Shown here in pieces: positions 62,101 to 64,000 of a DNA stretch of 64,000 nucleotides. Under the pieces are notes generated by a model, which did no database searches, had not been told where the DNA came from, and saw only the letters and a list, made by a program, of their open reading frames with translations. How positions within the stretch are numbered: the first letter of the stretch is position 1; the number at the start of each line of letters is the position of its first letter. Position numbers and translations under genes: made by a program. Source of the DNA: Folioceros fuciformis (taxonomy: Eukaryota); the NCBI GenBank assembly GCA_049999805.1, contig JBNGIO010006037.1, positions 1 through 64,000 of the forward strand, written 5' to 3'.

Positions 62101-64000
62101 ATGGACGAAAATAATGTTTCGAGTTAGTAACGCAAAACAGCGCACTTTGTTTTAGAGCTAGTCGTGTGACATTGTGAAAAATCAATGGAAATGAGTCAGT
62201 TCAAGTTTTCACGAACCTTGGCAACTGTGTAAGCCCCAATATCCGTAAGTCCTTTTGCCGCCTCAAGATAGATGTGTGCTCTTTCAGCATCAAGTTGGGT
62301 GGCAAGGAAGAGTCCTGACTGACGCGGAGCAATGTCAGGGACACGTTTATTGAGCATACCCTGAATTTTATTGAAAAATAAGAGACGCCTTTTGACAACG
62401 TCATCCCATGCTTCAACTCCCCCCATCTGAGCTGAAGGCCATCGGTTTTTCCATTTCATGAGCAGTCTGCCTCAAAAACACGAGATTGTCAGTAAGGTAA
62501 CACAGATGAGGCAGAAGAAGAACAACAAACGCTGAGAAGGCTCGTACTGATGCNNNNNNNNNNNNNNNNNNNNNNNNNNNNNNNNNNNNNNNNNNNNNNN
62601 NNNNNNNNNNNNNNNNNNNNNNNNNNNNNNNNNNNNNNNNNNNNNNNNNNNNNTACTGATGCAGCTCATCTTGATTCTCCCTTGTCAGATACTCGATAAA
62701 CTCCTCATGTTCAACAATCTTTTGTAGCTGCTGCACCTGAAGATGCCGGCTCCCAACTGCCAAAGGATGCAGCCGAGTCCAATTCCTTGTGAAAATTTTG
62801 TAACATTCTGTCAAGTAGAGACGAGCACGATCAAATTGATCACTAGCAGTTGCTAGATGCAGAAGCTCGATGCTAAAGTTTTCAAGCAGAAAAGCCTCCC
62901 TTGCTGGATTTTCCAGTGACTTCTGAACAAATTTCATCAGCTGTGAGTGAAAGCTTGTAAGTTTTGCAGCTCCTCTTACAAACAATCCTAAGTGTGGCTC
63001 CTTAAGCTTCGAGTCCCACAACTTTTCAACTGTCTGATCATCAATTTCCTCTCCTATCTCGTAAATTGATTCCTGCGTCAAAGTTTGCCAGTTGTTCAAC
63101 TCCATCAAGCATGTGCGACGTTGTCGATCCCATATATCAATCTCAGATGTGGAGATTCGACCACCACCCAATGCTGTCGTAGAATCTGGATGGCAGCTTT
63201 AGTGAGATCGTCAGCAAAAAACGAACTCAAGTGAGACAACATCCCTCAGTACTCCCGAGAGCGTAACGACTTGTCTCACAGGACAACAGATTCCAACAGC
63301 AGCTGGGGGCCTTACCAGTATGGCTCTCCAGCTGATCAACTTGGTCGAGATACGTATCGTAAAGAGCTAAAGCCCTGCTGTAATCACCTTCAAGCTGTGC
63401 TTCTAACGCATGCTTGGTTCTGTTCAGCTTGGCAATATGTTTTTGGTACAGTGCCAGGACTATGTCTGCCTCCCCAACAGACTCATACAGATGAGCAAGC
63501 TCCAACCATGCCTCATCCACAGAGGGTTGAGAATGCGATACTTGTCCTACTATCCCCTTGTGTCGTTTGCTGTTTTGTACAGGGGCAGGTCCTCCGTCAT
63601 AGCAGACCTGACTTTCGAGAAGCATTATGCCAGAGTGAAAGTTGCGGGATTTAGAGCTTGCACATCCTACAAGCTCTGGTCTTATCCAGATGCTCGGATC
63701 CTCCAGGCAAAGAGAGTGTAAGCAAGCAACAAATGAGATTCCATGATGCGTTTGTGCTAAAGCAGCTTCAATTCCAAGTTTCAACTGAGCCTTCAGTCCC
63801 TGTCCTGTATCTTGGATTTGATTTGCAGGAAGAGACAGAACTGCTCTACTTAATATCTTAAAGGTGAGCCTTGCAAATGTTGTGTCTCTCCCTGCCAAAG
63901 CTGCTAGCAATTTTATAACGTCCTCATTCTTTATTTGAATGTCCGGTAACTCCCCTGCCATAACCACATGGTCATACGCATTACGTGATAAAATAAGGAA
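59186..64000 (-). CDS. PRKDC: DNA-dependent protein kinase catalytic subunit (PIKK), 3' part (FAT, kinase, FATC); 5' end lies outside the window
   Basis: [16 protein letters not shown]...[81 protein letters not shown]...[14 protein letters not shown] and FATC [22 protein letters not shown]. Confidence 0.95.
62554..62653. other. Assembly gap (100 N) within the DNA-PKcs gene
   Basis: Run of N; both flanks carry TACTGATGC. Confidence 0.99.

Overview
This is gene-dense eukaryotic nuclear DNA from a seed-free land plant. A hornwort is the best guess (inference): introns are mostly ~80-130 nt, there are about 21 protein-coding genes in 64 kb, and the window holds a DYW:KP/'DRH' PPR protein and DNA-PKcs. 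Genes in order: Tudor-SN, CsgA-like SDR, a spliced dimethylarginine dimethylaminohydrolase (DDAH), peroxisomal adenine nucleotide carrier, two tandem PLS-PPR RNA-editing factors, CDKA, sterol 3-beta-glucosyltransferase, 1-Cys peroxiredoxin, cytosolic pyruvate kinase, plastid RPL5 and RPS21, an orphan intronless ORF resembling retrotransposon accessory ORFs, acyl-protein thioesterase, UBA2-like RRM protein, mTERF2, RING-H2 ligase, PRCC, RPN6, GDSL/IAH1 esterase, mitochondrial mS23 and the 3' part of DNA-PKcs. Several minisatellite blocks and two N gaps are also present. Main highlights: (1) a complete KP-type deaminase PPR ending in GDRH, a candidate reverse U-to-C editing enzyme, with a readable target code and an N-terminus apparently built from a local duplication; (2) an intact, intron-containing DDAH in a land plant; (3) DNA-PKcs, ending only 79 nt upstream of the mS23 start codon; (4) a PG-type E+ PPR with four extra-long L motifs. 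All family calls come from motif recognition; no database search was run.
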